NCBI GenBank assembly: GCA_003344405.1
Contig: NOWV01000204.1
Span: forward strand, 109,770-129,769
Source: Trichoplax sp. H2
Lineage: Eukaryota
Reading direction: 5' to 3'
Length of the DNA stretch: 20,000 bases
Shown here in pieces: positions 10,001 through 20,000 of the stretch. Position numbers and translations under genes: made by a program. The notes beneath the pieces are model-generated. The model worked only from the letters and a program-made list of their open reading frames with translations, had not been told where the DNA came from and searched no databases. Positions within the stretch are counted from its first letter, which is position 1, and every line of letters starts with the position of its first letter.

Positions 10001-11472
10001 TTTTAAAGCGTTTAAGCTAGTAGGTTAATTATTGACTTTTACTTTATGTTCCCTTATCGCAGAGTTAATTTATAATATATTACTATTTATTTCAAATTTT
10101 TTAGGCTATACTGGATTAAAACATCAAGTGTAAGAAGAATCTAATGTAACAACAGAATATTATGTCCTTACGCCAATGTCTACGACAGAAATGAAAAGTT
10201 TACATTTCATCTAAGATTAGGTCAGAAATTATTAATAATAACTTGTTGATATGATGCTATCCAAAATAATAATGACGTAAATATAATACGAGCAGCTTAC
10301 TTCATCTTTGATGGCTGCTTTTTGTCTCACTTCTTGAACAAGACTTTGTGGAGTATCATCTGGAGCAGTGTAGGGTCTGGCTTGATTGATCTTATTATTT
10401 GCTTCTTGATACTTTAATGATTCACCAGCAGAATCGGGATGCTTTAAAGTAAAATGAAGTAATTCATCAAAGTATATCAAGGTTAACTAGTTCTATATGA
10501 ACTGACAACACTAGCAATCGTATTTATGTTTACATCAACAACATCCGTCAGACTGATAGCAACAGCTAAAGTGTACTATCAACAGATAAATATCTCAGTA
10601 TTTAACTGGCTACTATGAGATAAGATTGTAGTAATGAATCTTTACTACGACTACGATAATACAACTTGCGCCTAAACGAAATGCTGTAGGCGTATATCAT
10701 CAAGACGTTGGTTTCAAAGCATAAAATGGGAAACAATTTTCAATCTTATTTATTTGTACTTTCTATACTATATTTCTTAGAATCATATGCCATCGTCGCT
10801 ACCTGAATAGTAACTCTTTTTTTCCTCTGCAATGGTGGCTCTCTAGCGGTTGATGATTCCTCCGATGGGATTCCTGCCGTGCTTGACTTCTCGACGGTTG
10901 GTCTATCTTGAAAGTTTGCAGCTTGATTCTGTGATGGAAAAACTGCACTTTACTTTGGCCTTCCTTCCACAGTTTACCGATGCTGTAAGCTATTCCAATG
11001 ATTAACACTACAGTAACACTACTACAGTAGTAGTCGATAGTTTTTATCCACTATGAAAGTACTGGCTTTAACTTGTACAAAAAAGCAAAGGATGGAAATT
11101 GGCATAAAGCTTATGCTACTGTATAGTAGAAATAATTGGAATGTTACCCTAGTTTGTCCTTGAGACTTACTGTAACTTTATTACAGTATAATAGTCGGAT
11201 TTTTGCAATAGAGAAAGAATTTTTTATGTATAGCAGTATTGTAAGACTGATAACAAATAGAGTATTTCTAAAGGGCAATATGTATGCAAACGGAAGAGTA
11301 AACTCAATAAGCAATTAGTGCAAGTCTTTATTGTAACGATGCATATCTACGATCACTTAGGCTAAAGGAATGTAATCCTGGAAGATATCCTACTCAGCTT
11401 GCATCCTTTTAACAGTGTTCTATTCCTGTATGGATTTAATTCGAAATGGCCTACCTCAAATCTAACAGGCAT
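7014..11472 (-). CDS. MDM1: MDM1 (centriolar microtubule-binding protein, SAXO6), 12 coding exons, about 649 aa
   Basis: Exons 11455-11472, 10803-10928, 10301-10441, 9349-9526, 9041-9255, 8882-8897, 8707-8809, 8518-8632, 8340-8396, 8041-8232, 7627-7963 and 7014-7465 (1950 nt, open frame). Matches to recalled human MDM1: start MPVRFE (MPVRFK); AGIPSEESSTAREPPLQRKKRV; KAGL...SEYQRQYDWK; SEYQRQY; TEYQEHF; WYKQILELREKVQLFRERSQQGTFF (WYAEVKELREKAEFYRKRVQGTHF); C-terminus RKENFWGRK (RKENFWGKT). Extra phase-0 exons in the longer introns cannot be excluded. Confidence 0.92.
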
Positions 11473-12100
11473 GTTGAGTTACACCAAATTCAGTACTACT
11501 ATTAGTATTGCTGTTATCTTTGGCTTAAAAGTTGGATGTCAATGGATTTATTGAAACCAATTGTGACGAGATTCTGCAGACCAGGATAATATTTTTCTTC
11601 TTATTTTGCACGGTGGGTAACTTTCTATCTACCCTGGCTTTCTACAATGCTCAGTAGGACCTATACATCCATACAATTAATCATTGTCGCTATTAATTCA
11701 TTGCTAAAATGAACAAGTTGTTGTAACGTTGCGCAACTATTGTCACATTGACATGAATGGAAAATTGTAATCATAATTCATTTCTAGCTTTGGCATAAGG
11801 TCATTTTCATGATACTCTAACGTGGATCTCTGAATGTATCGTAGTTTCAATTTTTCAAAAAGTCTTGTAATTTATTCAACATACTGTCCTAATACTGTAG
11901 AAGGTAAGATTGACTAAATATGGCCTATTTAAACTCTCTATATAATAAGCAAGTACTGGTCTATCAAGTCTATTTAAGATTGAGCTAAGATGAACGAATA
12001 GAACTAAACGTTGATTTCATCCTACTTAGCCTGTATTTCTACCAATACGAATGTACCATATCATGCTGATTATTGCAACGAGTAATGTAGAATAGCATAC

Positions 12101-12183
12101 CATTGATAAAATAGGGGCTGTATCAGATGTCTTTGATGGAGAAGCAGTGTAATCTTCTATCGGACGACAACTAGATGGAGTTC
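12101..12183 (-). other. Putative 5'-leader exon of MDM1
   Basis: Acceptor ttattaacctgtcAG and donor ATG|GTATGC bound an 83-nt segment that is richer in GC than its flanks. A candidate upstream donor CAG|GTTGGG is at 12525, and a downstream acceptor cctggtctgcAG is at 11574. Based on splice signals only. Confidence 0.4.
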
Positions 12184-12317
12184 CTGACAGGTTAATAATA
12201 ATTTTTTGGGCAATTCATCAATTTTTCTATTTGTACTGAAGTATTTACAGTTAATAATTCAATTTAAATTGAATTTAGGCAGTGTTTTGAAATTTGCAGT
12301 CGTGATGGTAGCACAGA

Positions 12318-12505
12318 GTGCAGTGTACTGTACTGTGCAGTCTGTACTGTAGTCGATGCACTCTGTACTGTAGTACACAGTACAGTACATATACTGTGTA
12401 ACACAATACTATATACTGTACTGTAAAGTACGGTACTGGACCGGACTGCTACAGTGCACAGTGTACAGTGAACAATGCACAGTGTAGCCACTGTACTGTA
12501 AGTAC
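12318..12505. repeat. TACTGT/TACAGT-rich low-complexity tract near the MDM1 5' end
   Basis: Same motif vocabulary as 1749-2175 (GTGTACTGTACTGTGCAGTCTGTACTGTAG...ACAGTGTACAGTG...CACTGTACTGTA). Confidence 0.75.
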
Positions 12506-12672
12506 CCACATTTAAACTCCCCAACCTGCAAAGCATCCGTTAAAAATCGGTTTGACATTGCGCGGGAATTGGTCTAACTGACTGAGAGGTACAGTACAGT
12601 GAGTCCAGCCAGGGTCAGTCTGTAGCTCAATCATTTGTAGCTTCCATAAGGCCTTCAAAGTACCTTTAAAAT

Positions 12673-12726
12673 GGTGCTCGGTAACTTGCTCTCTCATGCT
12701 CATGGGCCTGCTGCTGCTATGGATAC
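12673..12726. promoter_or_regulatory. Pair of X-box-like motifs in the probable MDM1 promoter
   Basis: Minus-strand GTATCCATAGCAGC (12713-12726) is one mismatch from GTATCCATAGCAAC. Minus-strand GTTACCGAGCACC (12673-12685) is a 13-bp variant with a good GTTACC half-site. Both lie in a GC-elevated patch upstream of a centriole gene. Confidence 0.45.
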
Positions 12727-15700
12727 TTTTATTTAATTTATACCTTTACTGTAGGGACAAGTGCTTTGTTTTCTCTATCATTGAAAGCACGGCTAAATTG
12801 ACTTTTGATAATCAATATTTTTTTATAAATAGGAAAAAAGATGATTGACATAATTAGATTACTTGGTCCACGATACTCAGTCGGACTGGCTACTACTGCC
12901 ATGTCTTGCATTGGAGCACAAACTTTACCCATTCAAAATTCCAACAGATGATCCACTCATGGAAGGGTGTAATAGAGAGTACACAGTAAATAATCCTGCT
13001 GAAACGGCTGGTATACAGTATACCTTCAATCCACCTGACCAAACAGATTTGCTCCATTGGAACGAAACTAGTACAATCACCCGTCGCCTTGTTGACAGAT
13101 TACTATAGTATACGGAATAGGGAAGTTATTTCTCGAATGGTGGCATGGTCGATGAATTCTATTATTTTCATCAATTAACCTACATTTTCCAGAAAGGACA
13201 AAGCCTAGATTGTATAATACACTATTATACTCGCGACGACGATATCATCAATGGATAGCTTTCTAAAACTAATAAAAGCTAATTGGCAATAGTAAACGTT
13301 TTAGAGGAAAAGCAACGTTTCGTATGACATATCAGGATATGTTACATTATGACCAACGAAGCAATTGTTGCTATTGATAGTGAATGAATTATATTATACT
13401 GTACAGTCTAGAACATGATTAGTCAATAATGAATGAATACTTTGAAATAACCTACTGTTGATTAGGTTATATACAGCATGCTATGCTAGACGTATCATTT
13501 TATTGGGCGTGTAGTTAATACTGCGACAGTCGAAAATGTGATATAAAATGGAAACTATTGAGTTAATTTACATCAGATTAAATTCTTAACAATTTTACAC
13601 AATACTAAACGTATCACGTTACCATCCGATAGCATGTCAGTGCCAGAATAAGATTCTGAATATCTACAATTTAGGGTAGTTCGTCTATTTTGAAATGCTC
13701 CTGGTAAGCATTCTTCCGTGATTTTCGCTTGACTTTATAAGATACCTAGCGTGATAGGCACAATCATTATTAACGTCATGTTACCAAAAGAAAAAGTAAA
13801 CGAATTCATCAGATATTGACGGAGTTCAAAAGAGAAACTGAGTTCTCGTATATTGCTCGAATAGAGATTGAAAGTAACTGTATAAGGAGAAGTAACCTAG
13901 TTATTACAGCCACACTGGAGATATTCACCAATCTTTACCACAACGGAGGGTTGTAACAAATGCACGTGTAAAAAAAAGTGAGAAATGATCATTCCTTGCG
14001 CTACAAAGGTGCCGTAGGCTAGGCTCTACGATGTACATTACTCTAGCCGGTAGCGTATCCGTTAATCATTATGCAGAGAACCAATCCCAGGATTGGCCAA
14101 TTTCGTGCTTTGCCGCTATGATAAAGTGTCTTTTCAAAATAAAACAACAATTACAGTTGCTTGTAAACTTTATTACATGCATTCGGTTCGTCTCACAACT
14201 ATCAAAGTCACAAGATTAAGGTTTTTAATCTTAGACATATTTGGCCTGTATGACAGTCTTACATCGATTTGAAATCAAAAATATGTGTATGTATATGTAC
14301 CTTGCTAAAACAGCTTTTATGATTGATTGTACTGTATATGCCACTTTCGTAGAATGAACTATACAGTACAGTAGAAGCTGTTTCAGCCACGCACAGTATT
14401 CATAACTGTTAACGGATATTGAATTGGCCAATTGTACATTATTTGGCAGTTTGATATACGCCACATCCGACATTGAATCAACGCAATATCATACCTCTGT
14501 TAACACAGAGACTCGGCAGTTGAATGCAATTTTACAAGTAAGGTGTAGAAGGACCGTATTTTCTCATTATTCCAACCGATCTTAAAACAATCAGTTACCT
14601 ATCCGCCATTGTAAAGCCTCGCTCTATTGAACAGCTCGTGTCTGAATTTTTTTATTGCCAATCCTTCTCGAAATGTTGAATACGAGTCAATCTCGTTTTC
14701 ATCGATCATTTAGTGAAACCGTACTTGACAACATTGCCAGCCCTTTCATTATTACTAAGTAGGTGATTACAATAAGATTATGGTAAACAATTTTTAATTA
14801 CCTTTATTGCATAGTGGATTGCAGGATGTAGGTTAAGAAATTGAAGACTTTAATTTAATTGATTGATTTCCTCTTCCGCCACCAATAAAAAATAATATTC
14901 ATTGTCAGAAAGTCTATTCAGGAGCTACTAAATACAATTTTACGGTAGTACATGAGTACAGCACCGGAATATATCCATTAATAAAAAATGCGAATTCAAT
15001 ACGCACTAACCGCCTACTTGGTATTTTTGTTTTGTAATTGCTTTTCGTGTATAACAAAAGTGTGAAGTGCTTAATTATATAGTATTTATTTACTTCGACG
15101 CTTACAGCGTCTGAATTAACTTCCTCTATTTTACGTGTGGGATAACAATGTACAGTATTTGTGATGCGAATGAGTATTGTCTAGATTTAGCAAACCAGAC
15201 AGTCCAGATAATATGTCGAATCAGAAGACGCATCAAGAATATCAAATAAATCGTTTCCATTTATTTGAATTGACAAACGTCTTTTACCACGCATTAAATG
15301 TCTGATAATTTCATATGAAACCCCTGTAAAGTAATTGGCTAAGATATATTCCGTAAAAACAAACAACCAATTAGTTGAATGAAATTTTTATACACATGTA
15401 AATCGTAGTGTCGCATTGGCTTAAAATGAAAAGTAACGAATCGCAAGAAAACTGACCACTAGGACAAGTGTTAGACTACGGAGATAAAGCCGCTGAAGAA
15501 GTACTGTCTCTCTTGGATGTTATAACCATTCTAACTCCTTCATCGCTGTTTATCAAATATGTATATTACGCAACGAATACGCTAAAATATTATTCCGTTC
15601 ATCCCTTTGATTAGCCCATTTGTCACGGGTATAAGTTAAATAACTTTAGTGGAGATAGAAAGCGGCAGCTAAAGTTAATTTATAACAACTTTCTGGATCA

Positions 15701-18412
15701 TAGTTCTCTATGAATCTGCAAAATACTTTGTTGTAATAGCCTACTAACCTCTATGTAGTGGTAGCATACGTTAACGGTAGATGCGAAAAACGTAAAGCTA
15801 GTCTGATAGTCTTTATTTCACATTTTATAATAGTCTCCTAGAAGTTATAACAAATTTTGTAATAGTTACAACATTTGAACGAAACGCAGCAGTATCCACG
15901 AGTAACCCAACACGATACGAAATTTGTTTCGTGATATCTTTGCTTATGTTTTGCACGTTAATATAATAGTTATTGTTAAGGTATTTAAAACAGCTATTGT
16001 ATCGAAATATGGACACAGTACATTTATTCTAGACTTGAAGGAGCATATCTTTAATATGCCTTTTGGGATATTGTTTTACGATATTGTAGAATTTTCCTTA
16101 TATTAGTAAAAACACAATTGCCCTGTGTGTAAGAAATAAAAACAAGAAAGATTACTTTAATTCTGAATTGGTAGCAGTTACATTAAAAGTTACATTGTCT
16201 TACCTTTGATGCTGCAGAATTTATGCAGTTTATACTACTTACATTACAAATCTATGATATGTCAAACTTGTTAGAGTTTGCATGAGGTCATATTAATATT
16301 ATTTGCAAATTATATACGACATAACATACAGCACTATATGTTCTTTTAGTGGACACTGCATTTGTTTCGTACTTTCATTATCAATGGTGTGCAGGGGTCA
16401 CGCATGATTAACATAATGTAATAGCGATTATTAATGTCACTTTGGCTGTAAAATATGACGACTATGTCTTGTCAGGATAACTTAATTCTTTAATTACAAT
16501 TTGAAACTGAAAAAACGTGACCATAGACAGTTATTATGCAATGTCAAGCAAATATTATTTCAATTAGTTTCTTAACCATTTAATCTTCTAATATTTTGAC
16601 GACTTTATATAACTATAGACAACTTTATCATTCAGTATAGGCTTAGGCGTGTTGTTCAATTTGTTCTATATACTAAGGAAACGAAATTAAACCTTTACTA
16701 CAGCTTCGATAGTAAATAATTACAAATTTAAGTTAACTCTTATTAAAAATATATCGCTAAAATGAAAGCACTTTTATGATTTCAATATATAAGAACTTTG
16801 ACAGCATATCAAGTAATTAAAGGTCATTTATTTTATTATTATTGCTTTAGTTATCGTTGTTTCACTGCTTACATGTTGTAGTTCTTATTTTGGAATGCCG
16901 ATAAATTAGAAGCTTGCAACCATTGTACTTGCTGACGCCAAATTCATAATTTATATGCTGTGAAAACATCTGTGTACTATTATAATCAATATTGAACATT
17001 TATGAGCAGAAATCTGGGACGATCACATTCGTGGTGATTGGTAATCCATGAATTAAATCTTTTTTTCTAAAATAATCCAAGCAAAGCGAAAAGCATGAAT
17101 ATGATGCCTGCTTTATTGACGTCAAGAAAATGATAGCTACTACTAGCGGAAAACTTCAAATGAAAAAAAATTTCAATTAAACTGCATCTATGTTGCGTTA
17201 TACTCTGAAAGAAAGTATCGGTACTTCTATTTACAATACGAATTCCCAAGTAATATTTTTGTTTAAAATCAAACATAATATAGTAAATATTGTATAGATA
17301 ACTGATGGAATGCTAAACTATTGAAACTATCCTCTATGTCTAAAATGATAGCAGTGTTAAGAGATAATCGTCCGTGTTGAATAAGCCAAGTTAATTGGCT
17401 TTACTTGATCGCAGACACTGTAATTATATTGAGATGCTAAACAATTTAAAATGAATTACGGTACAATTGCAAAGAGAACAAAAATTATCATATAATGCAG
17501 CAAATCAGAATAGAATTTATTTAATTTATTTAACGATTACTGTACTAAGCTATTTTATAGGGAGTCCAGTTATCTCTTTAAACCTTAAAACGAAAATATA
17601 TTGTCCAGATATTCAATACTTAATTGCTTACTGTAATCGACAATATAAAATAGCATGAAAGCGGAATAAATACTAATCACTGACCATTGTAAACGGATGA
17701 GTTAGATGATATAATGTGAATATCGCAAGATCTAGCTACTGTTATCTTTACTACATTATCGAAACTAATAGTTTAAAATCTTTTTAATTTTATCATCTGT
17801 TCCGCATGCTGATAGTAATACACGTTTCATTTGATTTTATAGAACTATACATAATTAATTTCTAATGTTGCAGAAACAAAGTAAATGACCTCACCGATTC
17901 GTAAATCAATGTTGTAATAAAATTTCGTACCTATATGCAAATTGAGTAAGACTTATTTTCTGGAGAATGCTAGGATACCTGATATGTAATGGTCTATGAT
18001 GATAAACTTAGGATTAAAAGCAATTATATCAGCTCATGCGGATCAATGGATATTTTATTATTTTTTTCTACTTTTGATGAAGTTACATTATATATTTAGA
18101 ATTGGATAACAGCTTTTTTTAAAAGTCTTTAGAATAATATATTATACTACATTAGTAGTTCAGTAGGTAATAGCAGAATTTTATTTGTATACTTAGGTAT
18201 CGATTAAAAGCTTAATTTAATTCATTTCATAAATGATCACACTTCATATTGATGTTAACACCAATAATATGGCATCTTTATGGATATTAAGTACTAGCTT
18301 AATCAGACTTAACGTATCGGATATTTCAAATGAGATAAAATAGCAGAACATTTTCATATATGCTACTGTAATTTAAAGAGAAATGAATAAATACCTACAG
18401 AAACTTCTGTTA

Positions 18413-19463
18413 TTATGGATGGGACATTGTACTATTGTGCTTTATTAATATTTTTCGACATCGGCTAATATAGTATTGCTTGGTGCAATCTTGACATTTT
18501 TCTCGATAACTTTTTAAATTAAATTGGCAGTTACATTTTACGCTTTGCGTGGATTTGGTAATGTGATAACCATAATCACAGCACATTTCTTCACACGAAA
18601 TTTCACCAGCTTTAGCATACAAATGACATCGCCTACCAGCAACGCCAGTGATTCTATATTTCTTGTTTTTAACGCAATAGTCAGGTGATGGATCAATATA
18701 AATTAGTTCGTTGAGTTTAGGTAATCTTGCTCTCGAATTGTTTATTTTAATTACCAATTTGGTCTTGAGTCCAGTTTGCGGGTCTTTAGCTGAAGATTTC
18801 GCAAACATTGCTTTTTTGACTAGATTGATTATTATGCGTTTTATATCCTTATCTGACGGTATATGAAAGAAGCAGGTACTGATAATGCTCATTTCCCCAA
18901 AATAATTGCAATGAACTTTTACTATTTTCTTTATTGCCTTATTTTTAAAGGAAAATAAAATCAGTTTGAAGAGGTTAGAAAAGAGTTTGATGATAAATAT
19001 ATATAGAATTGCATGACTTTCAAAATGGCTTAAAATGGCTTAAATTTTCTAGTAACAACTTAGATCCTTTTTAATAGTATAAATTATAAAATTATGGAAC
19101 GGAAATATAGTAAGCTGTACAATTTTATAATTTTTCTCTAAAGTAGAAATTATAAATCATATACTATCCATGCGATATAAATTTTTAATTAAATTTTCGT
19201 CTAAATCATTACATGAATTGCAACGCGGTGGTTGTGTTCTTCCATTAAACGACGACGATCAGATATTCTAGCACTATTTAGAAAGCTTTCCACAATTCCG
19301 AATATTCTGTGACATCTTTTAAGATGCTTATGCATATTTTCACCAGTGCTAGCATTCAAACCAGGACAGATATTTAGAGTTGTTCCAGATAAGCATTTCC
19401 TTACGCTATTGCGGGCTACTGTTGCTGCAATATATGCAGTTCTTATAGCAGCTTCCTTACTAC
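18413..19463 (-). CDS. Wnt: Highly divergent Wnt-family ligand, last two coding exons (5' exons not identified; subfamily unassigned)
   Basis: Exon 19213-19463 (phase 1 in, phase 0 out) encodes GSKEAAIRTAYIAATVARNSVRKCLSG...FGIVESFLNSARISDRRRLMEEHNHRVAIH, equivalent to the Wnt pattern GxxExA...A...v.raC..G...FG..F.d....r.lMnlHN..aG. Exon 18413-18937 encodes AIKKIVKVHCNYFGEMSIISTCFF...ELIYIDPSPDYC...GVAGRRC...SCEEMCCDYGY...KCNCQF...KCQDC...SRC, the Wnt C-terminal signature. Both intron positions are those typical of Wnt genes. Confidence 0.9.
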
Positions 19464-20000
19464 CTATAATTATTAAAATTAAACCGATAAATGCAATAAG
19501 ATTCTAAACTGCAACTAGAAAAGTAAATTTAATGCATTATACCGGTACATCTGCATGTAGTCAATATACTTATCATAAATCATATAAAATGATATGTTAC
19601 AGTGTTAAATACTGTATTACAGTAGAAATAACTATGTTAGGATAATTCTGTTAGACTATCCTTATTTAGTTAACTTCTAATTTGGATATACTGTGTTTTA
19701 ATATAGCACTGACTTTTTATGACAGTGACACTTATACACATACTGAAATTAATAGTTATAATAGGGAATGCAAATCATCTGCTTGCAGTTCGAATCATTG
19801 TGATTGTAATTCACTTATGGTAGACTGTAAATTATCATGGAAATGTTCCGTGATAGGACATATCGTAATCTGACTATTCTGTATTAGTCATTATATGTCT
19901 ATGTTCGTAAATACTGTTGTCTGCATTAAGGGAGCAGTAGCAAAATTAATATCTAATTCAGTAAATGATTCTAATGTTAATTGTATTAGCTATGACTCAT

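Noticed and set aside
10799..11008. Supplied ORFs 10799-11008 (-) and 5737-5928 (+) as independent genes
   Set aside because: They overlap true MDM1 and ZNF277 exons in the wrong reading frame; the homologous peptides are in other frames.
15604..16211. Two TCF/LEF consensus sites (CCTTTGAT at 15604 and 16203) downstream of the Wnt
   Set aside because: Two 8-mers 600 bp apart in AT-rich sequence are too little to claim a feedback enhancer.
14031..17658. Short supplied ORFs in the MDM1-Wnt gap, plus 3194-3424, 6817-7029, 11136-11318 and 19682-19873
   Set aside because: Composition is typical of AT-rich non-coding DNA, with no domains and no phase-consistent exon chain that I could build.
18853..18854. 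Alternative Wnt acceptor ccgtcAG at 18853, which would delete the thumb region
   Set aside because: It needs a phase-1 donor, but the upstream exon ends in phase 0. The 18937 acceptor is in frame and at the usual Wnt intron position.
19022..19044. 10-bp tandem duplication AAAATGGCTT x2 in the Wnt intron
   Set aside because: Trivial slippage duplication with no further support.
19543..19952. Candidate upstream Wnt exons: an 8-nt segment at 19543-19550 and a frame reading QITIC...ISELQSQ*F
   Set aside because: The longer frame has stops and lacks the ECQxQF...RWNC motif, and the 8-nt segment rests on splice dinucleotides alone. The real exon probably lies beyond the window.

Overview
AT-rich eukaryotic (animal) genomic DNA with short GT-AG introns. 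The compact genes, low GC and TACAGT/ACTGTA-rich tracts suggest a placozoan such as Trichoplax (inference, not checked). I rebuilt four spliced genes by hand: the 5' end of AK9 (- strand, 1-1179, runs off the left edge), a complete 13-exon ZNF277 (+, 2778-6203), a complete 12-coding-exon MDM1 (-, 7014-11472), and the last two exons of a very divergent Wnt (-, 18413-19463; 5' exons not found in the window). The main finding is the Wnt. Its frame is open and its intron positions and C-terminal Cys scaffold are canonical, but it lacks the Porcupine-acylated serine motif (CKCHGxSGSC is replaced by CNYFGEMS) and the index-finger WCC tip. That makes it a candidate lipid-free, WntD-like ligand with both Frizzled-binding sites remodelled. 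Secondary findings: RFX X-box motifs upstream of AK9 and MDM1, a 143-nt hairpin and a ~100-bp tandem duplication between AK9 and ZNF277, a 16-nt microexon and a probable GC-AG intron in MDM1, and a possible degenerate pacifastin/VWC exon. Most ORFs in the supplied track are spurious or are single exons. Protein assignments come from recalled homolog sequences; no database search was run.
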